Below are positions 9,877 through 19,998 of a stretch of 64,000 nt of DNA, in pieces. Position 1 is the stretch's first letter. Each line of letters opens with the position of its first letter. The translations under genes and the position numbers were made by a program. Origin of the DNA: SAR202 cluster bacterium (GTDB taxonomy: Bacteria; Chloroflexota; Dehalococcoidia; Lucifugimonadales; UBA826); the NCBI GenBank assembly GCA_008373095.1, contig RQOP01000051.1, positions 18,047 to 82,046 on the forward strand, given 5' to 3'. The notes below the pieces were generated by a model, which saw only the letters and a list, made by a program, of their open reading frames with translations, did not search any database and was not told where the DNA came from.

Positions 9877-9900
9877 ACTTAGAATTAACGGAGGAAAGTT

Positions 9901-10731
9901 TTGGCAACAAAAACACCGTCTTTAGCGTTGACCCCATATCAAGTCAATAGATACAGTCGTCATATAATAATGCCTCAGGTGGGAAGTGTCGGCCAGAGAA
10001 AATTGATTGATGCCAAAGTGTTAATGGTAGGTGCTGGCGGTTTAGGCTCTCCGATAGCTATATATTTAACACTCGCAGGAGTAGGCACGGTCGGATTGGT
10101 GGACTTTGATGATGTGGATGTTACCAACTTGCAGAGGCAAATACTCCATTTCAATGACGACATTGGAAGACCTAAAGTGGAATCGGCTGTTGAGACTCTC
10201 AAAGCCTATAATCCTGATACTAATGTTAACGTTCATGAAGAACCTATTACCTCGCATAATGCGATGGAAATAATGAAAGATTACGACATAATTGTTAATG
10301 GTGCTGATAATTTCCCCACTAGATACCTGGTCAACGATGCTGCTTACTTACTAGAGAAACCCTTAGTTGATGGAAGTATTTTATTATTTGACGGTCAAGC
10401 CACAACCTATTTACCTGGGAATGGATGCTACCGCTGTTTATTTCCCACCCCTCCGCCTCCTGGAGAAGTTCCAAGCTGTGCAGAAGCAGGGGTATTGGGG
10501 ATGTTGCCGGGGATGATAGGAACTATTCAAGCAACTGAGGTGGTGAAATTGATCCTAGGCCAGGGAGATTCTTTAAGCGGGCGTCTTCTACTGGTGGATG
10601 CTCTGAGTATGGAGTTTAGAACCGTAAAGCTCAGGAGAAATCCGGATTGTCCTTTATGTGGAGATAATCCAACAGTCACTGAGTTGATTGATTACGTAGC
10701 TTTTTGCGGTGGCGCACCTTTAACTGGGTAG
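9901..10731 (+). CDS. ThiF/MoeB-family adenylyltransferase (E1-like, no rhodanese domain)
   Basis: YSRHIIMPQVGSVGQRKL, VGAGGLGSP and two CxxC pairs (CYRC, CPLC) are present. The TTG start lies 6 nt after GGAGGAAA. Confidence 0.8.
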   Translation: MATKTPSLALTPYQVNRYSRHIIMPQVGSVGQRKLIDAKVLMVGAGGLGSPIAIYLTLAGVGTVGLVDFDDVDVTNLQRQILHFNDDIGRPKVESAVETLKAYNPDTNVNVHEEPITSHNAMEIMKDYDIIVNGADNFPTRYLVNDAAYLLEKPLVDGSILLFDGQATTYLPGNGCYRCLFPTPPPPGEVPSCAEAGVLGMLPGMIGTIQATEVVKLILGQGDSLSGRLLLVDALSMEFRTVKLRRNPDCPLCGDNPTVTELIDYVAFCGGAPLTG

Positions 10732-10896
10732 ACGGGTATTCCTCATCTGCTTTTTTTAGTATAGAAATGCAATTGCGGAATTATAGGATTCCGATGCTCC
10801 TAGTATGCTAGAAAAATGCCGTTTACTGAATGATGCTTAAACAGATATCATATTCTCCCAGACTTAGTAGCATCTTAAACGTTAGGAATTTATACC

Positions 10897-11460
10897 TTGA
10901 AAATATATACCAGGACAGGTGATGAGGGAGAGACAGGGCTGTTTTTTGGTGGCAGGGTTCCCAAAAATGATCCAAGATGTGAGGCATACGGTGCAGTGGA
11001 TCACGTTGTCTCAGCTATGGGAGTTGCTAGGGCTTTCTGCCAAGATGAGAATGTAAAAAACGTAATACTCGATATTCAAAACCAATTGTTTACGGTTGGG
11101 GCTGAACTCGCCACTTTACCCGAAAACTACGAGACTATGAAGAATTCTTACAAGGTTATTATCCCTGAAATGGTAACCCAACTTGAAAACAAACTTGATG
11201 AATTGGACGCAGAAGTTAATTTGCCACCGAGTTTTATTTTGCCTGGGGCTTCACCAGGTTCGGCAATTTTAGATCTGGCAAGAACTACATTGCGTGAGGC
11301 TGAGAGAAGGATATTGGACCTTCAAGAACTAGGGCAACTTGTCAATAAAGAGATCTTGCCTTATATAAATAGACTTTCAGATCTTCTATTTATGTTGGCG
11401 AGGTATGAAGATAGAAATTTGCCTGACGAACTGATTACAGGTCAAAAAATTAATGAATGA
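10897..11460 (+). CDS. PduO-type ATP:cob(I)alamin adenosyltransferase
   Basis: MKIYTRTGDEGETGL N-terminus and about 187 aa. TTG start. Confidence 0.8.
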   Translation: MKIYTRTGDEGETGLFFGGRVPKNDPRCEAYGAVDHVVSAMGVARAFCQDENVKNVILDIQNQLFTVGAELATLPENYETMKNSYKVIIPEMVTQLENKLDELDAEVNLPPSFILPGASPGSAILDLARTTLREAERRILDLQELGQLVNKEILPYINRLSDLLFMLARYEDRNLPDELITGQKINE

Positions 11461-12103
11461 TCTTGGAACCGCAAAGCCCAAAATAGCGGTTATCGATTAC
11501 CAGGCCGGAAATATAAGGAGTGTAGAGAAGGCTCTAACTCAAAGTGGAGCCGACGCTGTGGTCTCTTCCGTACCTGGCGTAATAGAATCGTGCGACGGGG
11601 TTGTGTTTCCCGGTCAAGGAGCCTGTGACAGCTCTATGCTAAATTTGCGATCTCACTCCTTGGATCATCTCATATTGCGATTAATCTCAAACGAAAAACC
11701 ATTTCTCGGTGTTTGTTTGGGATTACAACTGCTTTTGCAACATTCTGAAGAAGGAGATGAAGACTGTTTGGGTTTGATAGAGGGTACCGTAAAGAGGTTT
11801 CCCCAAGGTCATAAGATTCCTCACATGGGTTGGAATGAAGTTAACATAAGATCGGACCATCCAGTACTTTCAGGTGTGCCAAACAATTCTTATTTTTATT
11901 TTGTGCATAGCTATTATGCTGATCCGACTGACAAAAACGTTATTGCTGGAACTACCACATATGGCATTGAATTTTGTAGTGCAGTGGCTTTTGATAATGT
12001 GGTGGCAGTTCAGTTCCATCCTGAGAAAAGTGGGGATGTAGGTCTCAAAATATATGAAAATTTCGTCCAATTCACCAAGATGTCTAGGGGTGTGTTGTCA
12101 TGA
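11453..12103 (+). CDS. hisH: imidazole glycerol phosphate synthase, glutaminase subunit
   Basis: IAVIDYQAGNIRSV, GVCLGLQ and QFHPEKS motifs. 8-nt overlap with the upstream gene. Confidence 0.9.
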   Translation: MNDLGTAKPKIAVIDYQAGNIRSVEKALTQSGADAVVSSVPGVIESCDGVVFPGQGACDSSMLNLRSHSLDHLILRLISNEKPFLGVCLGLQLLLQHSEEGDEDCLGLIEGTVKRFPQGHKIPHMGWNEVNIRSDHPVLSGVPNNSYFYFVHSYYADPTDKNVIAGTTTYGIEFCSAVAFDNVVAVQFHPEKSGDVGLKIYENFVQFTKMSRGVLS

Positions 12104-12819
12104 TGGAAGTTATACCAGCCATAGATATTAGAGCAGGCAGATGTGTCAGATTGATTCAAGGGGATTATTCTAAAGAGACGATATTTGCTGATAATCCGAT
12201 GGAAATGGCAATAAAATGGGAAAGTGAGGGTGCAGAATACTTACATATCATTGATCTTGATGGGGCTAAAGAGGGTTCTGCTGTGAATATGGATGTCATT
12301 TCGAAAATCTGCGCAGATTCAGCGGCTAGAATTCAGGTTGGTGGTGGTATTCGGGATTATGAAACAGCAGCTCGGTATATGGATGTGGGAGTGTCCCGCG
12401 TTATTATGGGAACGTCGGCGGTAGATAGAACTGATGAACTGGAACGGATACTGAAATCTATTGGTGCGGAATCTTTGGTCGTGAGCGTAGATGCTAGGGA
12501 AGGAATAGTAGCATTGGATGGATGGACTCGGGAAAGTAGAATGACAGTAGAAACAGTTGTAAAAAATATAGAGGCCTTAGGTGTGAAAAGGTGTATGTAC
12601 ACAGACATATTGAAGGACGGTACCTTGAGTGAACCAAATTACGCTGGTGTTGAAAATGTTGTGTCTTCAACTAATATGAAAATAATGGCTGCAGGTGGTA
12701 TAGCAGCTCTTTCTCAGCTTAAACGCATGTCAATCGTAGGGGTTGAAGCAACCATAGTAGGTAGAGCCCTGTACACTGGTGATATTCGACTCCGACAAGC
12801 CATCGATGAGTTAAAATAA
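12100..12819 (+). CDS. hisA: ProFAR isomerase
   Basis: VIPAIDIRAGRCVRLIQGDY and VGGGIR motifs. ATGA overlap with hisH. Confidence 0.9.
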   Translation: MMEVIPAIDIRAGRCVRLIQGDYSKETIFADNPMEMAIKWESEGAEYLHIIDLDGAKEGSAVNMDVISKICADSAARIQVGGGIRDYETAARYMDVGVSRVIMGTSAVDRTDELERILKSIGAESLVVSVDAREGIVALDGWTRESRMTVETVVKNIEALGVKRCMYTDILKDGTLSEPNYAGVENVVSSTNMKIMAAGGIAALSQLKRMSIVGVEATIVGRALYTGDIRLRQAIDELK

Positions 12820-12835
12820 TTCAAAAATCAAAGAA

Positions 12836-13402
12836 TTGGTGTTATCTATGCCATCAAAATCAAACAAAGATTCCTTAGCAGCAGCTAAAAAGCTTGATAT
12901 ATATCACATAACCTCTCTCCTGCCAGCTATGCCTTACCATCAGATTGCAGATGTTGGGTGCGGAGAAGGGGCTCTTTCAGTTCCTCTGGGTAAATTGGTG
13001 TATAGAGGGAATGTGGTCGCCCTTGACCCAGTCAAAAAAAATCTTACAAACACCAGAAAAGAATTGAAAAAGGCCAGACTTACTAACGTAAAGGCAAGCC
13101 ACATTTCCGAGGAACCAATATTACCTCTCAAGGATGAAACGGTGGATGGTGCAATGGCAGTTTTTCCATTTCAGTTATTTAGCAAACCTCAGCAAACATT
13201 GAAAGATACTAACAGGTGTATGAAGAAGGGGGGGTGGCTGTCAGTTATAGAGTGGCAGCCGGCTTTTGAGGAATACGGGCCGGCAAGTAAGCAAAGATTG
13301 GAACCGGGTGTTCTAAGAGGAGAATTAGAAAAAGCCGGGTTTAAATTTTATATCAGGCATGATCTTTCAGATATGGCCTATATGATGATTTTTTCTAAGT
13401 AA
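12836..13402 (+). CDS. class I SAM-dependent methyltransferase
   Basis: Motif [13 protein letters not shown]. The start may be the ATG at 12848. Confidence 0.65.
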   Translation: MVLSMPSKSNKDSLAAAKKLDIYHITSLLPAMPYHQIADVGCGEGALSVPLGKLVYRGNVVALDPVKKNLTNTRKELKKARLTNVKASHISEEPILPLKDETVDGAMAVFPFQLFSKPQQTLKDTNRCMKKGGWLSVIEWQPAFEEYGPASKQRLEPGVLRGELEKAGFKFYIRHDLSDMAYMMIFSK

Positions 13403-13418
13403 CTCTGCGAAAAATCAC

Positions 13419-14249
13419 ATGCTTACGAAAAGGATTATTCCTTGTTTAGATGTTGATAACGGAAGAGTGGTAAAAGGCGTCAGTTTTGTAAACTTGAGAG
13501 ATGCTGGAGATCCGGCAGAGCTAGCCAAATTTTACGACAAGGAAGGGGCGGACGAACTTGTATTTCTCGACATAACTGCTACATCAGATAATAGAGACAC
13601 AATGGTGGAAGTTGTCCGAGATGTATCGGAGGAAGTTTTTATTCCGCTGACTGTGGGTGGTGGGATTAGACAGATTTCAGATGTTAGGAGGATGCTTGAA
13701 GCAGGGGCAGATAAAGTATCTCTAAATACCGCTGCCTTGCATAATCCCAAATTGATAAAAGAAGCATCAGAGTTTTTTGGTTCACAATGCATCGTGGTAG
13801 CTATAGATGCAAAGAAATACAATGCCAAATTGACGGATCAACAAGATCAAAGCATGACTGTTTGCGAAGAATTAAAGGTTGATTTAGATACTGGATGGGT
13901 AGTCTATACACATGGGGGTAGAAACATCACCGGGGTGGACGTTGTAAAGTGGGCACAAAAAGTGGCTGATTTAGGGGCAGGGGAGATACTTTTGACTAGT
14001 ATGGATTCAGATGGCCATGAATCTGGATATGATTTGCAACTGCTAAGATTAGTGAGCAGCTCAGTATCCATACCGGTAATAGCAAGCGGTGGAGCAGGCA
14101 CCTTGGAGCATCTCCAACAAGCCATAGAAGTAGGAAAGGCAGATGCAGTATTGGCCGCAAGTATTTTTCATTTTGGTACCTATTCAATTGGGGATGCTAA
14201 AACTTATTTGGCAAATCGAAATATTGCTATAAGGCCACTGGGAAAATAA
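13419..14249 (+). CDS. hisF: imidazole glycerol phosphate synthase, cyclase subunit
   Basis: [24 protein letters not shown] and ASGGAG motifs. Contains an insertion of about 22 aa after AIDAK. Confidence 0.9.
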   Translation: MLTKRIIPCLDVDNGRVVKGVSFVNLRDAGDPAELAKFYDKEGADELVFLDITATSDNRDTMVEVVRDVSEEVFIPLTVGGGIRQISDVRRMLEAGADKVSLNTAALHNPKLIKEASEFFGSQCIVVAIDAKKYNAKLTDQQDQSMTVCEELKVDLDTGWVVYTHGGRNITGVDVVKWAQKVADLGAGEILLTSMDSDGHESGYDLQLLRLVSSSVSIPVIASGGAGTLEHLQQAIEVGKADAVLAASIFHFGTYSIGDAKTYLANRNIAIRPLGK

Positions 14250-14282
14250 ATGAAATGTATCGAGAAATATAAGGTGATCTAG

Positions 14283-14918
14283 ATGACCGTTATACGTTTT
14301 GGCGAAAAAGGTTTACTTCCTGCTGTTGTTCAAGACTATGAGACTCATGAACTTCTTATGGTTGCCTACATGAATAAAGAATCGCTTACTCGAACATTGG
14401 AAACTAAAGAAGCCTGGTTTTATAGTAGGAGCAGACAAGAACTATGGCACAAAGGGGAGACATCAGGAAACTTTCTCGTGGTCAAATCCATAAAAAGTGA
14501 TTGTGACGGAGACACACTTCTTTTAGAAGTTGATCCAAAAGGCCCTGCTTGTCATACGGGGGATCAGACCTGTTTTAATACGGTTTTATCAGATATTGAC
14601 CAATGCGAATTTGACGAATTAGTTGAAGATAAAGACATTTTTAAAGATCTTTTTTCTGTTATTGACGATCGTAAAAAAAATCCGAAAGATGGTAGTTACA
14701 CGAACAAATTACTTAATGATGGGATTGCTCGAATAGCACAAAAAGTTGTGGAAGAGGCAGGAGAAACGGCCATTGCTGGAGTGTTAGGTCATACACAGGA
14801 ATTGTCAGAGGAGATTTCTGATTTAATCTATCATATTTTCGTGTTAATGTCGGCTAATGAAGTGACCCTTGCGGCAGTGGTAAACGAATTATCACAGAGG
14901 CGAGACTCGGTTAAATAG
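14283..14918 (+). CDS. hisIE: bifunctional phosphoribosyl-AMP cyclohydrolase / phosphoribosyl-ATP pyrophosphatase
   Basis: [23 protein letters not shown] and DCDGD for HisI; a C-terminal MazG-like HisE part. Confidence 0.88.
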   Translation: MTVIRFGEKGLLPAVVQDYETHELLMVAYMNKESLTRTLETKEAWFYSRSRQELWHKGETSGNFLVVKSIKSDCDGDTLLLEVDPKGPACHTGDQTCFNTVLSDIDQCEFDELVEDKDIFKDLFSVIDDRKKNPKDGSYTNKLLNDGIARIAQKVVEEAGETAIAGVLGHTQELSEEISDLIYHIFVLMSANEVTLAAVVNELSQRRDSVK

Positions 14919-14921
14919 ATT

Positions 14922-15845
14922 TCATTCCAAATCGCGGTCTGCATCTATCGCTGATTCCATAGCATTTATGGCCACTTCAATTTGGTCATCATCCGGGATT
15001 TTTGTAGTTAAGGATTGTAGAAGTAAACTCGGGACTGACATCTTGGAAACAAATTTGTTTGTCTCATATTTACTGTTGAATCGTATAAACTCATAACTCA
15101 AACTCGCTATAAGTGGAATTAACACAATCCTAGATCCAACAACCAACCATAAAGGTTCTCTGGGTATTAAAGTGAATACTATTATGGCGATCACCATGAT
15201 AGTTAGGAGGAAAGCTGTGCCACATCTTGGATGTGCTGTTGGGTATTTTCGTATTTCCTGGATAGTTAAAGGGTCGCCTTTTTCTTGAGCGTGAACTGCC
15301 ATATGCTCAGCCCCGTGGTACATATAAACTCTACGAATATCCGGCATTAGGCTAATTACAGTTACATATATAAGAAATACAGCGAGCCGAATTATCCCTT
15401 CAGCCACGTTGCTTACGACATCAGATCCCAACAATCCTTCAAATGGTTTACTTACTACCAATGGCAAAATGAAGAATAGCCCAATTGCTATACTCAATGA
15501 AATTAAAATCATGATTGCAGATGAGAATTTTCCAGGAGGGGTGTCTTCTTCATCATTAGCCACTTGGGAAGAGTAGTTTAGGGCTTCCATGCCAAGAGAT
15601 AGGGTTTCTGCTAAGGCAATAACACCTCTAATTATTGGAATGGATCGTAATTTTCCAGTGAATAAAGTATTTATTTTTTTGACTCTGGTGACTATATTAC
15701 CCGAGGGGGCCCTGACAGCAATTGCAACGTTGTTTTGGCCTCTTATCATTATTCCCTCAATAACAGCCTGGCCGCCATATCGAGGTGTTGATTGCCCTAC
15801 GCCAAAAAAAAAGGGTGAGATACATCTCACCCTTTCGCTAATCAA
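14922..15845 (-). CDS. DUF1385-family membrane protein
   Basis: YGGQAVIEGIMIRG N-terminal motif, YHGAEHM, and multiple TM segments. The start region overlaps the rpmE terminator, so the start is uncertain. Confidence 0.7.
   Translation of the reverse strand: MISERVRCISPFFFGVGQSTPRYGGQAVIEGIMIRGQNNVAIAVRAPSGNIVTRVKKINTLFTGKLRSIPIIRGVIALAETLSLGMEALNYSSQVANDEEDTPPGKFSSAIMILISLSIAIGLFFILPLVVSKPFEGLLGSDVVSNVAEGIIRLAVFLIYVTVISLMPDIRRVYMYHGAEHMAVHAQEKGDPLTIQEIRKYPTAHPRCGTAFLLTIMVIAIIVFTLIPREPLWLVVGSRIVLIPLIASLSYEFIRFNSKYETNKFVSKMSVPSLLLQSLTTKIPDDDQIEVAINAMESAIDADRDLE
15801..15836 (-). terminator. rho-independent terminator after rpmE
   Basis: Perfect 10-11 bp stem AAGGGTGAGA / TCTCACCCTT (15811-15834) with a 4-nt loop, followed on the minus strand by a run of about 7 T. 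Confidence 0.75.
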
Positions 15846-15855
15846 GAAGAGCCTC

Positions 15856-16059
15856 TCATTGCAAATTGTACCTACGCCTTAGTCTTTCAACCCTTCCTTC
15901 CGTGTCAACTATTCTTTGCTCTCCGGTAAAAAAAGGATGACATGATGAGCAAATTTCTACGCGTAACTCTGGCTGAGTGGCTCCAGTAATAAAAGTAGAG
16001 CCACACGAACAGGTTACAGTGGCTTCAGTGTAATATTCTGGATGTATTTCAGACTTCAT
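15856..16059 (-). CDS. rpmE: 50S ribosomal protein L31 (Zn-binding type)
   Basis: [14 protein letters not shown]...[10 protein letters not shown]. Confidence 0.95.
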   Translation of the reverse strand: MKSEIHPEYYTEATVTCSCGSTFITGATQPELRVEICSSCHPFFTGEQRIVDTEGRVERLRRRYNLQ

Positions 16060-16071
16060 TGCAATTATTTC

Positions 16072-16326
16072 CTAAATTGGGTAGACACTAGCATGTTTTT
16101 TTCCGTTAGGAAAAAATTCAAATTTAACTGAACCATCAATTAATGAAAACAGAGTATGGTCTTTACCCAACCCTACATTATTTCCAGGGTGTATTTTGGT
16201 TCCTCGTTGCCGTACTAGAATAGAACCTGCAGTTACCAATTGGGTGTCGTATCTTTTAACACCAAGTCTTTTAGATTTACTATCTCTTCCGTTTCTAGTA
16301 CTTCCGCCACCTTTTTTATGTGCCAT
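16072..16326 (-). CDS. rpmA: 50S ribosomal protein L27
   Basis: [17 protein letters not shown]-terminus. Confidence 0.95.
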   Translation of the reverse strand: MAHKKGGGSTRNGRDSKSKRLGVKRYDTQLVTAGSILVRQRGTKIHPGNNVGLGKDHTLFSLIDGSVKFEFFPNGKKHASVYPI

Positions 16327-16349
16327 TGGTATTGCTCCTGCTTTGGTAA

Positions 16350-16670
16350 TTAACCAACCGATATGTCGGTAATTCTTAGGTCAGTGAAGTTTTGGCGGTG
16401 GCCATTTTTTCGTCTGTAGCGGGTTTTCGCTTTATATTTAAATACTACGATTTTTTTCCCCTTACCTTTGTTAACCACTTCAGCCTGAACTTTAGCACCC
16501 TCTACATTAGGGGTTCCAACTGATGTCTCACCATTCAAGGACACCAGCTTTACCAAATCCAAACTGACAGTATCACCCTCATCCCCGTCTAACGACTCAA
16601 CACGGATAGTGTCGCCTTCATGCACCCTATATTGTTTTCCGCCGGTTTCTACTATTGCAAAACTGTTCAC
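16350..16670 (-). CDS. rplU: 50S ribosomal protein L21
   Basis: [16 protein letters not shown] start. Confidence 0.93.
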   Translation of the reverse strand: MNSFAIVETGGKQYRVHEGDTIRVESLDGDEGDTVSLDLVKLVSLNGETSVGTPNVEGAKVQAEVVNKGKGKKIVVFKYKAKTRYRRKNGHRQNFTDLRITDISVG

Positions 16671-16718
16671 TTTATCACCTTCACGAACAAAAATTATATA
16701 TATCGGTAATGGTTATCG

Positions 16719-17642
16719 TCAATTAATATTTTGCATCTGATCGTGGAATACCTTTTCAGGATGCCATATTGATTCCTGTTGATTTAATCTCATGATAGCC
16801 AGCATGCTCCCATCAGTCCGTAGAGCCATTGAAATTGGTTCCATTGTTTCTAAATTAGAATGATTTTCAATAGGTATAGAGATTCCATTTTGCACTTTTG
16901 CTGTTTCATCATCAGTTAAATGTAATTTCTGGATAGGATCTAGAGCTGTTTCCATATTTTGAACCACTGTCTCCCATCGGTTGTCTCTTAATTTTTCTTC
17001 CACTAAATCTAGGCATGAAGAATCTACAATATTGAATTCCCCTATGGAGGTTCTGACCAATTTTTTGAGGTAAGCTCCAGTTCCCAAATGAATTCCTAGG
17101 TCGTTGGCAAATGTTCGCACGTAGAAGCCTTTACTACATTTAATATCAAGTTTAATGTCGGGCAATTCAAAATTGGAAATAGCTGCGTCATATAAAACAA
17201 CTGGCCTTGGAGTGCGATCTATTGAGATGCCTTTCCTTGCCAGTTCATATAATCTTACCCCTTTTACTTTGATGGCGCTGTGCATCGGGGGTATTTGTGA
17301 CTGATAGCCTTTCAATGCCTCAATGGATGATTTTATATCAAATGCATCTACAGATAGGTCTGATACTACATCAGTAACAATACCCTCGCCATCGTAAGTG
17401 TCGGTTGTTTTACCTATTTCAATTGTAGCGCTGTATGTTTTGTCGGCATCGGTAATATATTCCAATAATCTTGTTGCTGACCCCATAGCTACTACCATGA
17501 CCCCACTTGCTAGAGGATCCAAAGTACCGCTATGTCCGACCCGTCTCAATCCTGCTGCTTTTCTGATGCGGCGAATTATGTCCATGGATGTTATTCCAGG
17601 CGGTTTGTCGACATTTATTATTCCATTAATGTTTTTAGACAT
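16719..17642 (-). CDS. truB: tRNA pseudouridine(55) synthase
   Basis: GIINVDKPPGITS and GHSGTLDPLASG motifs. Confidence 0.9.
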   Translation of the reverse strand: MSKNINGIINVDKPPGITSMDIIRRIRKAAGLRRVGHSGTLDPLASGVMVVAMGSATRLLEYITDADKTYSATIEIGKTTDTYDGEGIVTDVVSDLSVDAFDIKSSIEALKGYQSQIPPMHSAIKVKGVRLYELARKGISIDRTPRPVVLYDAAISNFELPDIKLDIKCSKGFYVRTFANDLGIHLGTGAYLKKLVRTSIGEFNIVDSSCLDLVEEKLRDNRWETVVQNMETALDPIQKLHLTDDETAKVQNGISIPIENHSNLETMEPISMALRTDGSMLAIMRLNQQESIWHPEKVFHDQMQNIN

Positions 17643-17650
17643 CGAACATT

Positions 17651-18010
17651 CTATTCATTGTTATCGTGATCTTTTGATATCGAATCCATGATATTCGTGA
17701 TTTTGTGTGCTTCATCCAGAGATTCATCTAAAACAAATCTGATGCTGGGTATATGTTTTAGATCCAAGTTTTTTCTGAGTATTCTTTGTATAAATCTGGA
17801 TGCAGAATTGAGCCCAATGATGGTATCTTTCTTGGTATCAGTGGTTCCAAATACGGTCACGTAGGCAGTTGCGTTTTGCAAATTTCTGGAGGTTACTACT
17901 GACACGACCGAGACAATTTTTGCGAGTCTGTGGTCTTTTACTTCTGAAGATATAACCCCGCTAATCTCTCTTTTGAGCAGGGAATTAATGCCATCCATAC
18001 GGTCATACAT
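17651..18010 (-). CDS. rbfA: ribosome-binding factor A
   Basis: Size, the REISGVISSEVKDHRL motif, and position between infB and truB. Confidence 0.85.
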   Translation of the reverse strand: MYDRMDGINSLLKREISGVISSEVKDHRLAKIVSVVSVVTSRNLQNATAYVTVFGTTDTKKDTIIGLNSASRFIQRILRKNLDLKHIPSIRFVLDESLDEAHKITNIMDSISKDHDNNE

Positions 18011-18048
18011 ACTTGCTCCAATATATTAAACAGAGACTCTATCTGCAA

Positions 18049-19824
18049 TTAGACCGTTTCTGTATTGTAGGCTTCAAGGATGTCATCTTCTTCAAATTCA
18101 TTAAATCCTTCCACACTTACACCACCTTCGAAGCCGTTCGCAACTTCTCTCACGTCGTCTTTGAAGTGTTTCAGACTGGAAACCTCCCCCATGAATATTT
18201 CAGATCCTTCTCGCATCACTCGTATCTTTGATTCACGGGTTATTTTGCCATCGTTAACAAATATTCCCGCAACTTTGACACGCCTTCCCACATTGAAAAT
18301 AGCTCTAACTGAAGCTCGCCCGACGTAGACGTCCTCATATGTAGGTTCAAGCATTCCATCCAATGCTTTTTCCACGTCTTCAATCAAGTGGTAAATAACG
18401 TCGTATTCCCTGATTTCTACACCTTCTTGTTTGGCCAATGACTCGGCCCCTGCTTCTGCAGGAGTTCTGAAACCGATTACAACGGCGTCTGAAGCTACTG
18501 CCAAGAGAACATCGCGTTCGCTAATTCCACCGCTGGCAATATGTATTAGGTTAACTCTACTGTCAACGTCGTTGAGATTCTCTAAGGCAGCTTTTACAGG
18601 TTCAATTGTTCCTTGTACATCGGTTTTAATAATCAGGTCAACTTGCCTTAATTCCCCTGGGGTATTACGGGTATGAGCGTCCTGGAGTTTAGTTGTTTCT
18701 GCCCTAGCTTGCCTTTCATATTCTTCTGTTATTGCTTTTGCAGACTTATCGTTTTCTGCGACTTTAAAAATGGATCCTGCTTCAGGAACGTCGTTCAGAC
18801 CCATAACTTCCACCGGGGTTGATGGTGGGGCGGACTGAATACGATCTCCTTGATCGTTGAACATAGCTCTTATCTTTCCATAGGTGCCGCCTATGACTAA
18901 AATATCTCCCTGGTTCAAAGTTCCTGTTTGGACTAGTATCGTGGCAATATTTCCTTTGCTTTTATCTTTCCTCGCCTCTACAACTACTCCCATGGCTTCC
19001 CTTTCTGGGTTTGCCTTTAGTTCGCTTATTTCTGCTACCAACTGGATGTTTTCCAAAAGTTCTGGGACGCCCTCTCCTGTTATTCCTGAAAGTGGTATGG
19101 CTATTACGTCACCTCCCCAGTCTTCTATCAGGAGATCTCTTTCTGACAACTGTCTATAAACTTTATCTAGATCTGCGTTGGGCAGATCTTTTTTGGTTAT
19201 GGCTACGATGATGGGAACATCCGCTGCCCTGACATGATCTATTGCTTCAATAGTCTGGGGCATCACACCGTCGTCTGCTGCGACAACTAATATAGCTACA
19301 TCGGTCACCTGAGCTCCTCTAGCTCTCATCGCTGTAAACGCCTCATGTCCTGGAGTGTCAAAAAAAGTTATTGGGTTATCGTTGTGTTCAATTTGGTATG
19401 CAGCAATGTGTTGGGTTATACCTCCTGATTCTCCATCAACAACATTAGTTTTCCTGATGTTGTCAAGTAAGGTGGTTTTCCCGTGGTCTACGTGACCTAA
19501 GATGGTAATAATTGGAGGTCTAGCGGTCAGTTTTTCAGGGTCTTCATCTTTGTTGTCCACAGAAATTGAGGTGGCCTCTGACCCAGATTCCGGAGCGGAT
19601 GCTGCTCTGAACCCAAACAATTGGCATACAACTGATGCGATTTCATGTTCTATCACATCGTTGACTGAAAACATATATCCGCCTCTCATAAGAGCTTTTA
19701 CAACCTCCACAGCTCCAACATCCAGTTGGTCTGCTAAGTCGCTAACCATGATGGCAGCTGGAATATCGATAACAGCGTCAACAGCGTCATCTTCATTGTC
19801 GATTTGATCTATTTCACTGCTCAT
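18049..19824 (-). CDS. infB: translation initiation factor IF-2 (short form, 591 aa)
   Basis: [20 protein letters not shown] and the TKKD G-domain, plus nusA-infB-rbfA synteny. Confidence 0.93.
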   Translation of the reverse strand: MSSEIDQIDNEDDAVDAVIDIPAAIMVSDLADQLDVGAVEVVKALMRGGYMFSVNDVIEHEIASVVCQLFGFRAASAPESGSEATSISVDNKDEDPEKLTARPPIITILGHVDHGKTTLLDNIRKTNVVDGESGGITQHIAAYQIEHNDNPITFFDTPGHEAFTAMRARGAQVTDVAILVVAADDGVMPQTIEAIDHVRAADVPIIVAITKKDLPNADLDKVYRQLSERDLLIEDWGGDVIAIPLSGITGEGVPELLENIQLVAEISELKANPEREAMGVVVEARKDKSKGNIATILVQTGTLNQGDILVIGGTYGKIRAMFNDQGDRIQSAPPSTPVEVMGLNDVPEAGSIFKVAENDKSAKAITEEYERQARAETTKLQDAHTRNTPGELRQVDLIIKTDVQGTIEPVKAALENLNDVDSRVNLIHIASGGISERDVLLAVASDAVVIGFRTPAEAGAESLAKQEGVEIREYDVIYHLIEDVEKALDGMLEPTYEDVYVGRASVRAIFNVGRRVKVAGIFVNDGKITRESKIRVMREGSEIFMGEVSSLKHFKDDVREVANGFEGGVSVEGFNEFEEDDILEAYNTETV

Positions 19825-19998
19825 TTATTACCTTTGGATCAGACAAAATCACTTTTCCGTGTGATCCACCTGTCTTTATAAGTTTTCTCTCTATTAGGTT
19901 TGTTACAGCTTGAAACATCTCAATCTGATCTACGAGCTATCTTTTTTAAGTTTAGGTCTTCGGGAAGTTTTTTCTGATCGACCACAAAAAGTCCACGG

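Noticed and set aside
9728-10731. Possible microcin C-like RiPP pair: a short ORF ending in Asn (…CRN), a terminator, and a ThiF-like adenylating enzyme, formally resembling mccA-terminator-mccB.
   Set aside because: The E1 is a standard 276-aa MoeB/ThiF protein whose N-terminus starts directly at the YSRH(Q)I motif. It therefore lacks the ~90-aa N-terminal peptide-clamp domain of MccB. No MccC-type exporter or MccD/E/F-type genes are nearby, and the next genes are the adenosyltransferase and the his operon. I kept this locus only as a regulatory-leader candidate.
10732-10896. Cobalamin riboswitch upstream of the PduO-type adenosyltransferase.
   Set aside because: The region is only 165 nt and AT-rich. 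It has no B12-box-like GCCACUG or AGYCMGgAgaCCkGCc element and only a trivial 6-bp hairpin (CGGAAT/ATTCCG).
19814-19918. 34-codon minus-strand ORF ([34 protein letters not shown]) in the nusA-infB spacer, considered as a decayed ylxR remnant.
   Set aside because: It shows only a vague resemblance to the LIRVV...G.I.VDP part of YlxR, with no RxC..C or GRGAY motifs. The spacing to an upstream RK-containing frame does not fit, and it overlaps the infB start. It is most likely non-coding.
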